DNA of 64,000 nucleotides from a virus. Each line of letters opens with the position of its first letter. The stretch's first letter is position 1. The notes beneath the pieces were generated by a model. That model had not been told where the DNA came from, did no database searches, and worked only from the letters and a program-made list of their open reading frames with translations. Below, piece after piece: positions 1-9,214 of the stretch. The DNA is taken from IMG/VR virus record IMGVR_UViG_3300042888_002402; one strand, 5' to 3'. The translations under genes were made by a program, and so were the position numbers.

Positions 1-825
1 TACAGCAGGTGATTCAATTTGAGCAATATCTTGATTGGCCACTGCCCAGGCCACACAACTCACATCATCCGCAAACACAGGTATGCCGGCACACACAGCC
101 GCTACACTAGCACTGCTGTTGAAGAATACTGCGGCATGGGCACCAGTTAGATTGTCTACCAAGCGAGTGTTTACAGGATCAGATACCACAATGCTGGTAG
201 TATCGTTGTTTTGTCTTTTGTGCCACTTGTGAAAATCATCCGGTCTATAATCACCTGGGTGAGGACGTATCATGATCTGGCGTTGAGTGTGTTGTCGAAT
301 TTGTCGAATTTTTTCATTGAGCCATTCCATGGGATCTAATGCTTTCATAGAAAAGCCGCCATCACGTTGCATACAAATCAAGACATGTCCTTGAGAATTT
401 GATTGTGACAATTTTAATTCAATGTGGAGTGCTTGTTGAATTTCGTTCCACTTGGCGCTGTCACTGTTGTGATTGGCGTATTCGGACCGATCATAAAACG
501 GTCCATTTAAACTGTAGCGTAGATACCTACTGTCTTGATCCGTATACTTCCAGCAACTGGCATCTATACACATGGTCTGCAGTCCACGCCTGCGTTGCTC
601 TACTATGATTTGTTTGCGTAAGGCAATATTACGCCCGCCTGTATTGGTAGTTGCCCAGCCCAACATCACTGCCAGGCGACTGGGTGTGTAAACGTAATCG
701 TGCTCCACATGTACTTGGCCTCCAGAACTGGCGACTCCTGTGGCAAAACTTTCTAAGCATTGAGTCTTGCGTGTGTGCTTTTTTACATTGGCCACACTGG
801 AAATGTAAACAACACAATCAATCAT
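1..825 (-). CDS. Capsule_synth (KpsS/KpsC-like) glycosyltransferase, 3' end runs off the window
   Basis: Not in the ORF track because it has no stop in the window. Hand translation from ATG 825: MIDCVVYISSVAN...IMIRPHPGD...AHAAVFFNSSASVAAVCAGIPVF. The RPHP and NSS..A...G.PV motifs match KpsS/KpsC-type GT-B enzymes. Confidence 0.6.
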   Translation of the reverse strand, partial: MIDCVVYISSVANVKKHTRKTQCLESFATGVASSGGQVHVEHDYVYTPSRLAVMLGWATTNTGGRNIALRKQIIVEQRRRGLQTMCIDASCWKYTDQDSRYLRYSLNGPFYDRSEYANHNSDSAKWNEIQQALHIELKLSQSNSQGHVLICMQRDGGFSMKALDPMEWLNEKIRQIRQHTQRQIMIRPHPGDYRPDDFHKWHKRQNNDTTSIVVSDPVNTRLVDNLTGAHAAVFFNSSASVAAVCAGIPVFADDVSCVAWAVANQDIAQIESPAV

Positions 826-1819
826 TGTTTAGTATGCGCCAGGCAGTGCCGTTGCGCATTTCCACTTCTGTAAATTGACAGTATGCCATGTGTCGTGCCC
901 ATGCTTCCACTTCCTCTATGCTAGGAACACGTGGATTTTCTATAGCATCAAGACTTTGACTGCACAACGGTGCCGCGGCATTGGGACCTAGTGTGATAGC
1001 AGGTTTGCCGTGCAACAGTGCTTCACCTGCGGCAATACTGGAAAATGTAACTAAACAATGTACATCTTGATCTAACGCCATTTCCATAGTGTTATCAATC
1101 ATTCTGGTACTACGATTTTGTTTGGTTCTTATAACAACTGGCCTATCGGTGTATTTTTTAATTTCTTCTTGTACATTAGTCAACCAATCTTCAAGTATAA
1201 TATCATAATTGTTTAACAGTTTTTGACTAGGCGGAGCAATAAGAATATTTGTCCCTCGACGCATTTTCCGTGGTCTAGCGTTGGTTTTTTCTAGTCGGTC
1301 CCAAGGACGTTCAATAATTGGTCCGAACCATTGCACATCATTTTTGGTAATTCTGTGATATAGTTTTCTCTTACCGTTACCAAAGTATCCGGTGTCAATG
1401 TAGTAGAAATCTCTTCCTGCGGCTCGGCAGGCATCCATTTGTTTGTGTTTGGTAATGCCACGCAACACCACAGCAGTTTCTGTGTGTTCTTCTTGGGCCC
1501 AGGTGCTGATTTGGCCGCCAGCACCTTGTACAAAACTTTGTAATATAGGATCGTACATGTGTCCTTTTCTTTTGTATCTGTATTCGCTATCAATACTCAC
1601 AATGTTGTTGATCGGCAATGCTGCCAGTTTTTCACTCAACGTTTGTAGTGTAATACCGTAAATAGATCCTGCTGGATCTACTCGATATTTTACTATGTTG
1701 TTAAATATTTCCCGTATCTCAGGAACCACCTGATCTAACTCATGCGGTTCGGGCGGAGCAGGAGGTTCAGGGGGTGGTGGGGGAATATATGATGATTCGT
1801 CTTCCTGTTCCCAGATCAT
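818..1819 (-). CDS. Capsule_synth (KpsS/KpsC-like) glycosyltransferase
   Basis: YYIDTGYF and CLVTFSSIAAGEALLHGKPAI motifs; likely paralog of the 1..825 gene; Pro-rich N-terminus. Confidence 0.6.
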   Translation of the reverse strand: MIWEQEDESSYIPPPPPEPPAPPEPHELDQVVPEIREIFNNIVKYRVDPAGSIYGITLQTLSEKLAALPINNIVSIDSEYRYKRKGHMYDPILQSFVQGAGGQISTWAQEEHTETAVVLRGITKHKQMDACRAAGRDFYYIDTGYFGNGKRKLYHRITKNDVQWFGPIIERPWDRLEKTNARPRKMRRGTNILIAPPSQKLLNNYDIILEDWLTNVQEEIKKYTDRPVVIRTKQNRSTRMIDNTMEMALDQDVHCLVTFSSIAAGEALLHGKPAITLGPNAAAPLCSQSLDAIENPRVPSIEEVEAWARHMAYCQFTEVEMRNGTAWRILNND

Positions 1820-2502
1820 TCTATTGACCTTTGCTGACAGTATTCAGTTAGTATGCGTTCTCTGTGCCATTCATCGCCTTGTGGTGTTGTAGCAAACTCA
1901 TGAAAACAGGGTGTGCCTAGTGTATAGTGTAATAGCTTGGCATCTTTGTTAACACCATATTCATCAGGCAACCAGTTCCACTCAGGAGGCAGTTCACCTA
2001 TGCGGCTGTCATCTAACCACGAGAAGCGGTGGAGCTCACTGCCGGTGGCGTGTTGGACGAACTGGGGAGTAAGTTTCCTGTTAGGAAAACTATTACAATT
2101 CCACAGAATAACACTACTCCAATTTTTTCGAGGATAGTCTTCATTTGGTGCTCCTAGATATTTTACAGGCATGCGTGTTTTGTAATCATGTTTGACTACC
2201 ATGACATCATTATAGGGATTCTGCAATTCCCATAACTTCACAATGTCATCGCGTACAATCATGTCACCATCAATGAAGATAGCCCAGCCTGTGTATTCTT
2301 GCAGGTGTGGTACTAAGAAGCGTGTGTAGATAAAATGATTGCTGCCATCTGTGTGTGTTTCTTCATAGTCACGAAACAGGTTCAATGCCACAGGAATAAT
2401 AGCCACAGGTTTTGATGCATGCCGTATGATCGAGTTGGCACAGGTGTGAAAAGCAATGGCTTCTCTTGGGTCGTACCCAACATAAACTGGTATGGCTTTC
2501 AT
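1816..2502 (-). CDS. GT-A fold glycosyltransferase (GT8-like)
   Basis: VYVGYDPRE, FIYTRFLVP, DxD motif (FIDGDM), NWSSVILWN, LPPEWNWL, LLHYTLGTP. Confidence 0.75.
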   Translation of the reverse strand: MKAIPVYVGYDPREAIAFHTCANSIIRHASKPVAIIPVALNLFRDYEETHTDGSNHFIYTRFLVPHLQEYTGWAIFIDGDMIVRDDIVKLWELQNPYNDVMVVKHDYKTRMPVKYLGAPNEDYPRKNWSSVILWNCNSFPNRKLTPQFVQHATGSELHRFSWLDDSRIGELPPEWNWLPDEYGVNKDAKLLHYTLGTPCFHEFATTPQGDEWHRERILTEYCQQRSIE

Positions 2503-3263
2503 TGGCGTTCAATGTCCTCTTCAACACAGTTTTCACCGTATTGAATTTCAATCAGCTTGAGAGGATGATCAGTTTCATTGCACAGCATGTGCCACTGGTT
2601 TTTGGCGATCCAAATATAGTCATGCACAGCAAAATGCCCAACAAGATCGTGGTCACTAGAATTGTCTAGGGTGTACACTGCGGCTTCGCCTTCGGCTACA
2701 AACCAAAACTCAGCACGTTTGTCGTGGCGTTGCATGCTTAAACATGTTTTGGGTGCTACAGTTAATTCTTTGAGTTTGGTGTTAGGACCAACTTCGTGCA
2801 ACACACGGTAGTAGCCCCAGACACGGCCAGTCTTGGGTTTCTTCCAGTCTTCAAGTATCCAGCTACTGCTGTTGGCTTTGTTTTCGCCTCCCACACCAAA
2901 TACAAAACTCAGTCTGGGATCGGCAATCTTCATCTCGGGAATATTTTCTTGCGTTCGATCACCACCATTGGCAAAAATAATTTCATCATTGGGGAATAGT
3001 TTCAAGGTCTCTTGAATGAACGTGCTACAACTGTTGTCTGGATCATCTGCTATCATCACAGTCATGTCAACCATTTTTAAGTTTCTAATGATACCATCAC
3101 GTTCCTGGATAGGCATAAATGGTCGACCCTTTTTGCGAGTAAGCCATGCGTCGGAATTGAGACCAACTATGAGTTTATCTCCTAATTTTTTTGCTGATTC
3201 AAAATAGGCAATGTGGCCTGAGTGGATGGGGTCAAAGCCGCCTGTTACTAGTACTATTTTCAT
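2499..3263 (-). CDS. Cytidylyltransferase/RfaE domain II-like nucleotidyltransferase fused to a ManC-type cupin (mannose-6-P isomerase type II C-terminal domain)
   Basis: VTGGFDPIHSGH (HxGH), GLNSD..L.RKKGRP, ANGGDR; C-terminal RVWGYY, LSMQRH..RAEFW, IEIQYG..CVEEDIER. Start moved to ATG 3263 (MKIVLV), 5 nt after a TAAATA. Confidence 0.85.
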   Translation of the reverse strand: MKIVLVTGGFDPIHSGHIAYFESAKKLGDKLIVGLNSDAWLTRKKGRPFMPIQERDGIIRNLKMVDMTVMIADDPDNSCSTFIQETLKLFPNDEIIFANGGDRTQENIPEMKIADPRLSFVFGVGGENKANSSSWILEDWKKPKTGRVWGYYRVLHEVGPNTKLKELTVAPKTCLSMQRHDKRAEFWFVAEGEAAVYTLDNSSDHDLVGHFAVHDYIWIAKNQWHMLCNETDHPLKLIEIQYGENCVEEDIERQ

Positions 3264-3293
3264 GACAATATTTAATGTTATTGTCAATCCAAG

Positions 3294-4055
3294 TTATAAT
3301 TTCCCCATCCAGGTCAGGCTATGATCAAGCCAAGGCACAATTAAATCTTGTTGGCGTAAATATCCATGTGCGTTGATACTTTTGGCTGCGCTTGCTGGCA
3401 GAATATTGCTTTCTGCTAAATCGTACCACGAAGTTTTACGTGGATCTCGTGGTTCTTGTTCGCTTTTGTATACCACTGCATGTATACAAGGATCTTGTGG
3501 AGTTTCTCGAAAAAATCCTGACGCACAATCCCATCCTGTTATGGCCAACATATGCATGAGACTCACCATGGTATGATGGTAGTAACATCCACTGGATTGC
3601 GTGTATGCCAATTGCCTATGATGCACTGTTATGGTTTTTGGCACAATCAATACCAACATCCCACCATCGCTGGTGATATTTCTCCATTTGATCAATGTGC
3701 CAATGGGATCGATACAGTATTGAAAAGCATCATGGCACCAAAGTACATCATAGTTTTTGTGTTTTGTAGGATGAATTTTGTCTTCGAAGTCTGTGCATTG
3801 ATAGGTAGCATTGGAATATTTTTTTGCCACTAGCAAGCTTTCAGCTTGATCTACTCCCACACATTCAATATTCAATGGTCGAGGAGTTTCATCTCTGGTA
3901 GTAGCACCAGCCCACCATGCTAGATCTAGACCAGCACCACAACCTAAATCCACCAAGGTACCAATGCTTTCCATGTAATCATCATACTCATACAATGACA
4001 TAAGAGTTTGTAGACTATGAGCATGACTCAGCTCTGGTGTTGCAAAAGTAATCAT
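3294..4055 (-). CDS. Class I SAM-dependent methyltransferase-like protein
   Basis: LVDLGCGAG motif I, YDVLW, GGMLVL. Confidence 0.7.
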   Translation of the reverse strand: MITFATPELSHAHSLQTLMSLYEYDDYMESIGTLVDLGCGAGLDLAWWAGATTRDETPRPLNIECVGVDQAESLLVAKKYSNATYQCTDFEDKIHPTKHKNYDVLWCHDAFQYCIDPIGTLIKWRNITSDGGMLVLIVPKTITVHHRQLAYTQSSGCYYHHTMVSLMHMLAITGWDCASGFFRETPQDPCIHAVVYKSEQEPRDPRKTSWYDLAESNILPASAAKSINAHGYLRQQDLIVPWLDHSLTWMGKL

Positions 4056-4504
4056 ATTTGTATATCTTCCATGCCTGCAGCTCGTAATCGTACTATATGC
4101 CCAAGCATGAAATTTTTAGATTCCATGGCTTTCATAATACCCAAATAACGATTGCGAAGCAATGCCACTTCGTTTATTATTGTTTCAAAGTCAATGACTT
4201 CGTCCTCACCATCTACATATTTTTCAGCATCTCTGCTGGTCAATGCACGAGCGTATCCTTCTAGATACTTCTGAAAATGCCTGCGACGAATTTTACGTAG
4301 TTGTATATTGAGATAGTTCAATACCGCTTCTATTTCTTGAAGTTGATTAAATCTATGCTCAGTGATGCCAGGCAGTGCGGATATATTTTTTTCCACTACG
4401 CCGCCTATACGACAATCTTGTTTAGACAAGTCAAGTTCATGTTCATAATGTGCAATAAAATCTGGTATTGCTCCGAGATCTGATACCACACGACTGTACC
4501 ACAT
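4052..4504 (-). CDS. uvsY: UvsY-like recombination mediator
   Basis: Helical ~150-aa protein with YLE.Y.RALTSRDAEKYVDGE and KAMESKNFMLGHIVRLRAAG; lies downstream of uvsX; TGATG coupling at 4504. Confidence 0.7.
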   Translation of the reverse strand: MWYSRVVSDLGAIPDFIAHYEHELDLSKQDCRIGGVVEKNISALPGITEHRFNQLQEIEAVLNYLNIQLRKIRRRHFQKYLEGYARALTSRDAEKYVDGEDEVIDFETIINEVALLRNRYLGIMKAMESKNFMLGHIVRLRAAGMEDIQI

Positions 4505-4764
4505 CAGTCTTCCCAATCGTGATCAATTTCTTCATCTTCGTCGAGCTCTTCTTCATCTTCGGCATAATCTTTATCGTTGTCAAGGTATACAGTTAGTGCT
4601 CGTTTGATATCGCTATCACTTTTAAATGCGGCACGGATATCTTCTATATCACTGTCGTGATCAATCAAGATTGATACAATGGTTTCAGCAGCTTCGGCTC
4701 GATCCACTGTGTTAACATATCTTTTAAGCTCGCTCCAAATCTCGCTAGCAACTGTTTCGGTCAT
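4504..4764 (-). CDS. Small acidic hypothetical protein
   Basis: 86-aa ORF translationally coupled on both sides, with an acidic tail. Confidence 0.7.
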   Translation of the reverse strand: MTETVASEIWSELKRYVNTVDRAEAAETIVSILIDHDSDIEDIRAAFKSDSDIKRALTVYLDNDKDYAEDEEELDEDEEIDHDWED

Positions 4765-4874
4765 TCTTCATCTCCTTTGATATTAATCATGCTATCAACT
4801 GCTTCTGTTTGGTCAGCAGTGCTGATATGTCGTTTGAGTTCTTGATATATTTTGTTTACAAAATCTATTGTCAT
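4761..4874 (-). CDS. 37-aa mini-ORF, partial paralog of the N-terminus of 4504..4764
   Basis: AAGGAG SD, then MTIDFVNKIYQELKRHISTADQTEAVDSMINIKGDEE*; ATGA overlap with the next gene; below the ORF-track length cutoff. Confidence 0.55.
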   Translation of the reverse strand: MTIDFVNKIYQELKRHISTADQTEAVDSMINIKGDEE

Positions 4875-4875
4875 G

Positions 4876-5421
4876 TTACTCCTTATGTTTTTTTAAAAAA
4901 TTATCGTAAGTTTTTTGTCTACGTACTACTACATCTTTATAATGATTTTTAGACCAATAAGTGTAGTAGTCTGTGGTTAACAGATACTTATGACCTTGTA
5001 ATACTGGGTCTAGTTGGTTAAGAAATACTGCAAAATAGTTTCCTTGATTAAACAGTCCAGGATAGAGGCTTTGAGTATTAACTGCCGCGCCCGACTGAAT
5101 AAAGTAGCCCTGTGACATAATTTCTTGATTCAATTTATCAATCATTTTTGTAAGTCCAAGTGTCCAACAAGCCCTAGGAGGCATAATCATAATACAAATG
5201 TCATGGTCTGGACCAGCTATGGTTTCTGTTACCGTTGACTGTATAAATTCTTTGATACTACCAGATTCGTATACTTTAACTGCCACTGTTCCTTTGAGTC
5301 TAGCGGCCTTAGCAAATGGGCACACTGGAAATTTGTAGTCGTAGAATTTATGCTCAACTTCAATGTAGTTTTTTAACCATTCCCAAATGTCGTGTTCAAT
5401 TTGTTTAGTTAGTTCCGTCAT
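4876..5421 (-). CDS. Hypothetical protein with a DUF1415-like CPFA motif
   Basis: W....IE.......PVCPFAK motif; AGGA SD before ATG 5421; AT-rich. Confidence 0.45.
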   Translation of the reverse strand: MTELTKQIEHDIWEWLKNYIEVEHKFYDYKFPVCPFAKAARLKGTVAVKVYESGSIKEFIQSTVTETIAGPDHDICIMIMPPRACWTLGLTKMIDKLNQEIMSQGYFIQSGAAVNTQSLYPGLFNQGNYFAVFLNQLDPVLQGHKYLLTTDYYTYWSKNHYKDVVVRRQKTYDNFLKKHKE

Positions 5422-6100
5422 TGATATTCCTAAAAACATACATTGTCAACCCACCGTTTAACGTATTAAATATATTTGTCACATTAACACAACGATTATG
5501 CAAAGATGGGTAAACAGTTAATAATTTGTAACCTTGCCAGGCCTGTAAAAACTTGCCGTGTGTAAATGTAGTCTCAAACGGATTACATTCTTGATCTAGT
5601 TGTAATCGGCGATTGTGATAATTAGTCCGTAAAATTCTCTGAACAATTTTTCCAACTGTGTTATAGATACTTACAATTATAACACCGTTGTCTGCCAACA
5701 GCAATTTTATTTTTTCAATGGCATGTGACCAGTCCGGCACATGTGTAAGAAAACTTTGAGCAATGATAACATCATATTTTTTCTCTGTGTTAAAAATAAA
5801 AAAGTTTTCTTTAACAAACTCAACATTGTCAATTGAGTAGTTGCTGGCAATGTCTCTGGCAATGTCTACTCCTGCGGAAAAATCAATGCCAGTAAATTTG
5901 CTTTGATAGTTTAAAGCAAGAGAGTTAGTTATAAATCCAGTGCCGCACCCGACATCCAGGATACGTTGCCCGTGATCTATGTATTGGTCAATCAAGCTGA
6001 TATATTTGTTATTAGTTGCTTTACCTGTGCCCAAGAGTTCATAGCGACCCGGAAAAGGGTTTGTGTCATAAAACTGCTGTATTGATTGCTCTAGATTCAT
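5405..6100 (-). CDS. Class I SAM-dependent methyltransferase
   Basis: FYDTNPFP, ILDVGCGTG, GIDFS, YDVII, L.H.PD, G.I.VS.Y. Confidence 0.85.
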   Translation of the reverse strand: MNLEQSIQQFYDTNPFPGRYELLGTGKATNNKYISLIDQYIDHGQRILDVGCGTGFITNSLALNYQSKFTGIDFSAGVDIARDIASNYSIDNVEFVKENFFIFNTEKKYDVIIAQSFLTHVPDWSHAIEKIKLLLADNGVIIVSIYNTVGKIVQRILRTNYHNRRLQLDQECNPFETTFTHGKFLQAWQGYKLLTVYPSLHNRCVNVTNIFNTLNGGLTMYVFRNINDGTN

Positions 6101-7005
6101 CGGTAAATGTAAGGATCTTGATCCTTAAGCAATCGTGAACGCTTTTTCTCTTGAAAAAAATCTGCTATTCTCTGTAGCCAAACAGCAACCAGGCTAGGTT
6201 CCGCCTCAAGAAACTGATTACTAATAGACCGCGCCCATTGTTCAGATCCTTCAACTGTTAAGTGATTATTGTCAGGGAGTAGTAGACCTCTTTCAAAGCC
6301 ATACTCAAATGGTGTTCGGGCAATATAATTTCTCCAATTTATTCTGCCAAACAATCTATGCTCCTTAGGTAGCCTGCCAAAACTTTTATATCCCTTACCA
6401 AATGGATTTTTGTCAAAGGTAAATCGATATGGAATTTTGTGGTGGTCTAAAAAATCGCAACAAGAAACAACATGATTAAGTGTTAGTTCTTCGTGATAAG
6501 CACGATTGTTCATATACTGTATCATGGCAAAGTTTTGTATCCTGCCTTCAACGGACAAAGGATTATACCAAAGCAGATCAGCATTATAACATTCTTGTTG
6601 TATATCAATCGGCAGATTTATAAAATCATCTACTGTTTCGATATTAGGCCAACTTTCAGCACGAATATTTTTATAGCTGTCACACAGTTCAGTAAACTTG
6701 TTTCCGTCAGAAAACCAGTATCCAACATTGTTGATTACGCCATAATATTTTTGTTGTTCGAATAACGACTTTGTGGTGTCAGTAAGAGGCAATTGAAGAT
6801 CACCGAACGATAAATTGCTCCATACAATAACAACAAAGTCTGGCTGGTCAGATAAATCAATGGTGTTTACAACCGAATCAGATATAAATTTATTACCAGC
6901 GCCGCTTCGAGCTAGATTAATAACATCATGCTCGGGGAAAATTTGTTTGATCCAGTTTTGGCCTTCGACATAACTGCCGCCAGTTATTAAAATCTTTTTA
7001 GACAT
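6097..7005 (-). CDS. SGNH/GDSL-like acyl hydrolase/transferase carrying a SWP..LP..IQQEC module
   Basis: ILITGGSY (block I), NLARSGAGN (block II), DNNHL (block V). Confidence 0.55.
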   Translation of the reverse strand: MSKKILITGGSYVEGQNWIKQIFPEHDVINLARSGAGNKFISDSVVNTIDLSDQPDFVVIVWSNLSFGDLQLPLTDTTKSLFEQQKYYGVINNVGYWFSDGNKFTELCDSYKNIRAESWPNIETVDDFINLPIDIQQECYNADLLWYNPLSVEGRIQNFAMIQYMNNRAYHEELTLNHVVSCCDFLDHHKIPYRFTFDKNPFGKGYKSFGRLPKEHRLFGRINWRNYIARTPFEYGFERGLLLPDNNHLTVEGSEQWARSISNQFLEAEPSLVAVWLQRIADFFQEKKRSRLLKDQDPYIYR

Positions 7006-8063
7006 TACTCTTCGGCGGGCTCTTCTTCAGTACTTACTGTTTCTTTCTGATTAGCAAAATCAGACATTACTTTGTCTAAACATTCATCATCATTGCGTTC
7101 CCATCCCTTGCGGAACTTCTTGATAATTTCACCATCACTGGTAGTAAACACAAGACTGTTGCCTTCTTTCTTGAGCAGACCTTTTTTCTCAATTAAATCA
7201 GTCAAGCCAGAATACGGACTCATTCCGGTTTCATAAGGAATTTTAACCTGTACGCCTTCAAATGGTTTAGCGTAGCGTGTTTTCATTACCTTACATGCGG
7301 CACGAATACCCATGACATCAGTAATTTTGTTGCCATCCTCATCTTCTTTGAGCTTGAGTTTTTTCATAGCAACAACAATTGAGCTTGCATAAACGAACCC
7401 TTGTCCACCGCTGATTTTGTCATCTGGATCAAACATGTCTTGACTAGCATATGTGTGATTGGTACAAACCAGCCCTACATTATAACTACCAAACATGTTT
7501 ACACAGTTACGAACTAGACTGGTCAGTGCTTTGGGTTTACGACCCATGTCGCCTTTCATATCTCCAGCGTCAAATTGATTAACGTCGGTCGGAGTAAGCA
7601 ACATGCCCAATGAGTCAATTACAAACAACACCTTAGGGCGTTCGCCATCTGGTAATGATTTATAATCACTCATGAATGTAGAAATAGTCTTTGCTACATC
7701 ATCAATCATGGCCATTGATAGTTTTAACAACTTGCTATCACCAGTGTCAACACCAAGATCATGCAACCATTTTTCATCTAGTGCATTCTCCGAGTCAATC
7801 AGCACCACATAAATGCCTTGCTCCTGTGCGTTCTTAATGATGTTGCCGGAACAGATGTAGCTTTTGCCCGCGCCAGATTCACCAGCAAAAACCGTGACCT
7901 TGCCCAGTGGCACCCCTCTGTTAAAGTCTCCAGAGATTAGATAGTTCAATGCATAGTTGCCTGTTGAGATCCAATCTGTAGGATCATTGAAACCAATTGA
8001 CAGTCCGTCAATGCTTTTTGTAATTTCCTTGCGGAATTTTGATACGTCGAATGGTTTTCCCAT
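7005..8063 (-). CDS. uvsX: RecA-like recombinase UvsX
   Basis: Walker A GESGAGKS, IDSENALD, FVIDSLG, TNHTY, ISGGQGF; no intein. Confidence 0.95.
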   Translation of the reverse strand: MGKPFDVSKFRKEITKSIDGLSIGFNDPTDWISTGNYALNYLISGDFNRGVPLGKVTVFAGESGAGKSYICSGNIIKNAQEQGIYVVLIDSENALDEKWLHDLGVDTGDSKLLKLSMAMIDDVAKTISTFMSDYKSLPDGERPKVLFVIDSLGMLLTPTDVNQFDAGDMKGDMGRKPKALTSLVRNCVNMFGSYNVGLVCTNHTYASQDMFDPDDKISGGQGFVYASSIVVAMKKLKLKEDEDGNKITDVMGIRAACKVMKTRYAKPFEGVQVKIPYETGMSPYSGLTDLIEKKGLLKKEGNSLVFTTSDGEIIKKFRKGWERNDDECLDKVMSDFANQKETVSTEEEPAEE

Positions 8064-8192
8064 GTTATTTCCTTGTTAACAAATTAATTTATATATTGAC
8101 ATAAAATTATATTATTTTTTTTTATGTAATCTGATCCGATTAGTTGATCCGGTAGATCTTGTATGGCAGCAATATAATATTCTATACTATGC

Positions 8193-8221
8193 ATTTTACA
8201 GTATTCAATTAACATTGTCAA
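8193..8221 (-). promoter_or_regulatory. sigma70-type early promoter for uvsX
   Basis: TTGACA-17 nt-TAAAAT on the minus strand. Confidence 0.75.
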
Positions 8222-8259
8222 TGCTCTTAGATGTTCTTTGGCTAATTAACAAATGTTGG

Positions 8260-9213
8260 TTAGTCATGTTTTTTTAAAACCTCCAAGTATCGGTTACTAA
8301 AGTAATGATCATAATTATACTCAATTGTATCTTGTTCTATTAGATATAAATCATGCCATTCAGCAGGTGTTAAATGACTAAATTTTGAAATCATAGTTAT
8401 TAGCTCAACCAACCGTTCAACAGGATTTTTTATACTGTCAAATCTGTAGTCAAACAGTTTAGTGTATCGTTTAAATCCATGATATTTTTCTACATGAGCA
8501 TGCCATCCAGGTTGGGCGTATGCCAAAAACAGGCCACGTGTTACTATACTGTATAAGAATTTTTCTGTTACAAATGGATAATAGCTAGTTGCCGCAGTTT
8601 CGCTAACAATATGCAAAAAACTTTCAGTTAATTTTGATTCTAAATTATGAATATTTTGATTGTGTTCAAATCTTACATGTCCAAAACTATTTGTAGATTG
8701 AAAAAATTCTTCAGAATGTTCATTAACAAAAAATTTAAGGTAAAAGTTATCTTGGTCGTTAACATAATCAGTTATGTGACCATTTAACATATTTTTTGTG
8801 TAAGAAAAATTTTTACTACAATAATTGTTATTAAAATATCCAAATTTTGACAATATAGAAACTAATAATTTTCTACTTACGTGTGGCGACCCGTTAAAAC
8901 TGCAAATAAAATTTTTGTAGTTTAATGTTGGATGGATGGTGTAATTAACAAAATGTTTGAAATTTAATCTATTTTGAAATTCTGCGTAATTTTTGATGTT
9001 AAGAGTATTGTAGTGTGATAATTTCAAAAAATCAATTTGATATTGTGTGTAAATTTGATTTTTACATTTATTTTTGAGAAATACGTCTAGTAATCGATTT
9101 TTAAAGTTTGCATCAAATCCGCCAAGATGATCAAATAGTATCAAGGGTTCGTCTTGAGTAAACACAAGAGTTCCATTTACTAAGTCCAGATAGTGCTGTG
9201 TTGTAATTTCCAT
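8260..9213 (-). CDS. GT10-like (fucosyltransferase-motif) putative glycosyltransferase
   Basis: SFLHIVSET...FVTEKF...GFKRY...DY.FDSI...RL, similar to the GT10 ENS...TEK motif; paralog of 28639..29883; AT-rich. Confidence 0.45.
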   Translation of the reverse strand: MEITTQHYLDLVNGTLVFTQDEPLILFDHLGGFDANFKNRLLDVFLKNKCKNQIYTQYQIDFLKLSHYNTLNIKNYAEFQNRLNFKHFVNYTIHPTLNYKNFICSFNGSPHVSRKLLVSILSKFGYFNNNYCSKNFSYTKNMLNGHITDYVNDQDNFYLKFFVNEHSEEFFQSTNSFGHVRFEHNQNIHNLESKLTESFLHIVSETAATSYYPFVTEKFLYSIVTRGLFLAYAQPGWHAHVEKYHGFKRYTKLFDYRFDSIKNPVERLVELITMISKFSHLTPAEWHDLYLIEQDTIEYNYDHYFSNRYLEVLKKHD

Positions 9214-9214
9214 A

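Noticed and set aside
8064-8259. Small ORFs or gene remnant upstream of uvsX
   Set aside because: Only 20-38 codon frames; one ATG lies inside the -10 box; I cannot support a product.
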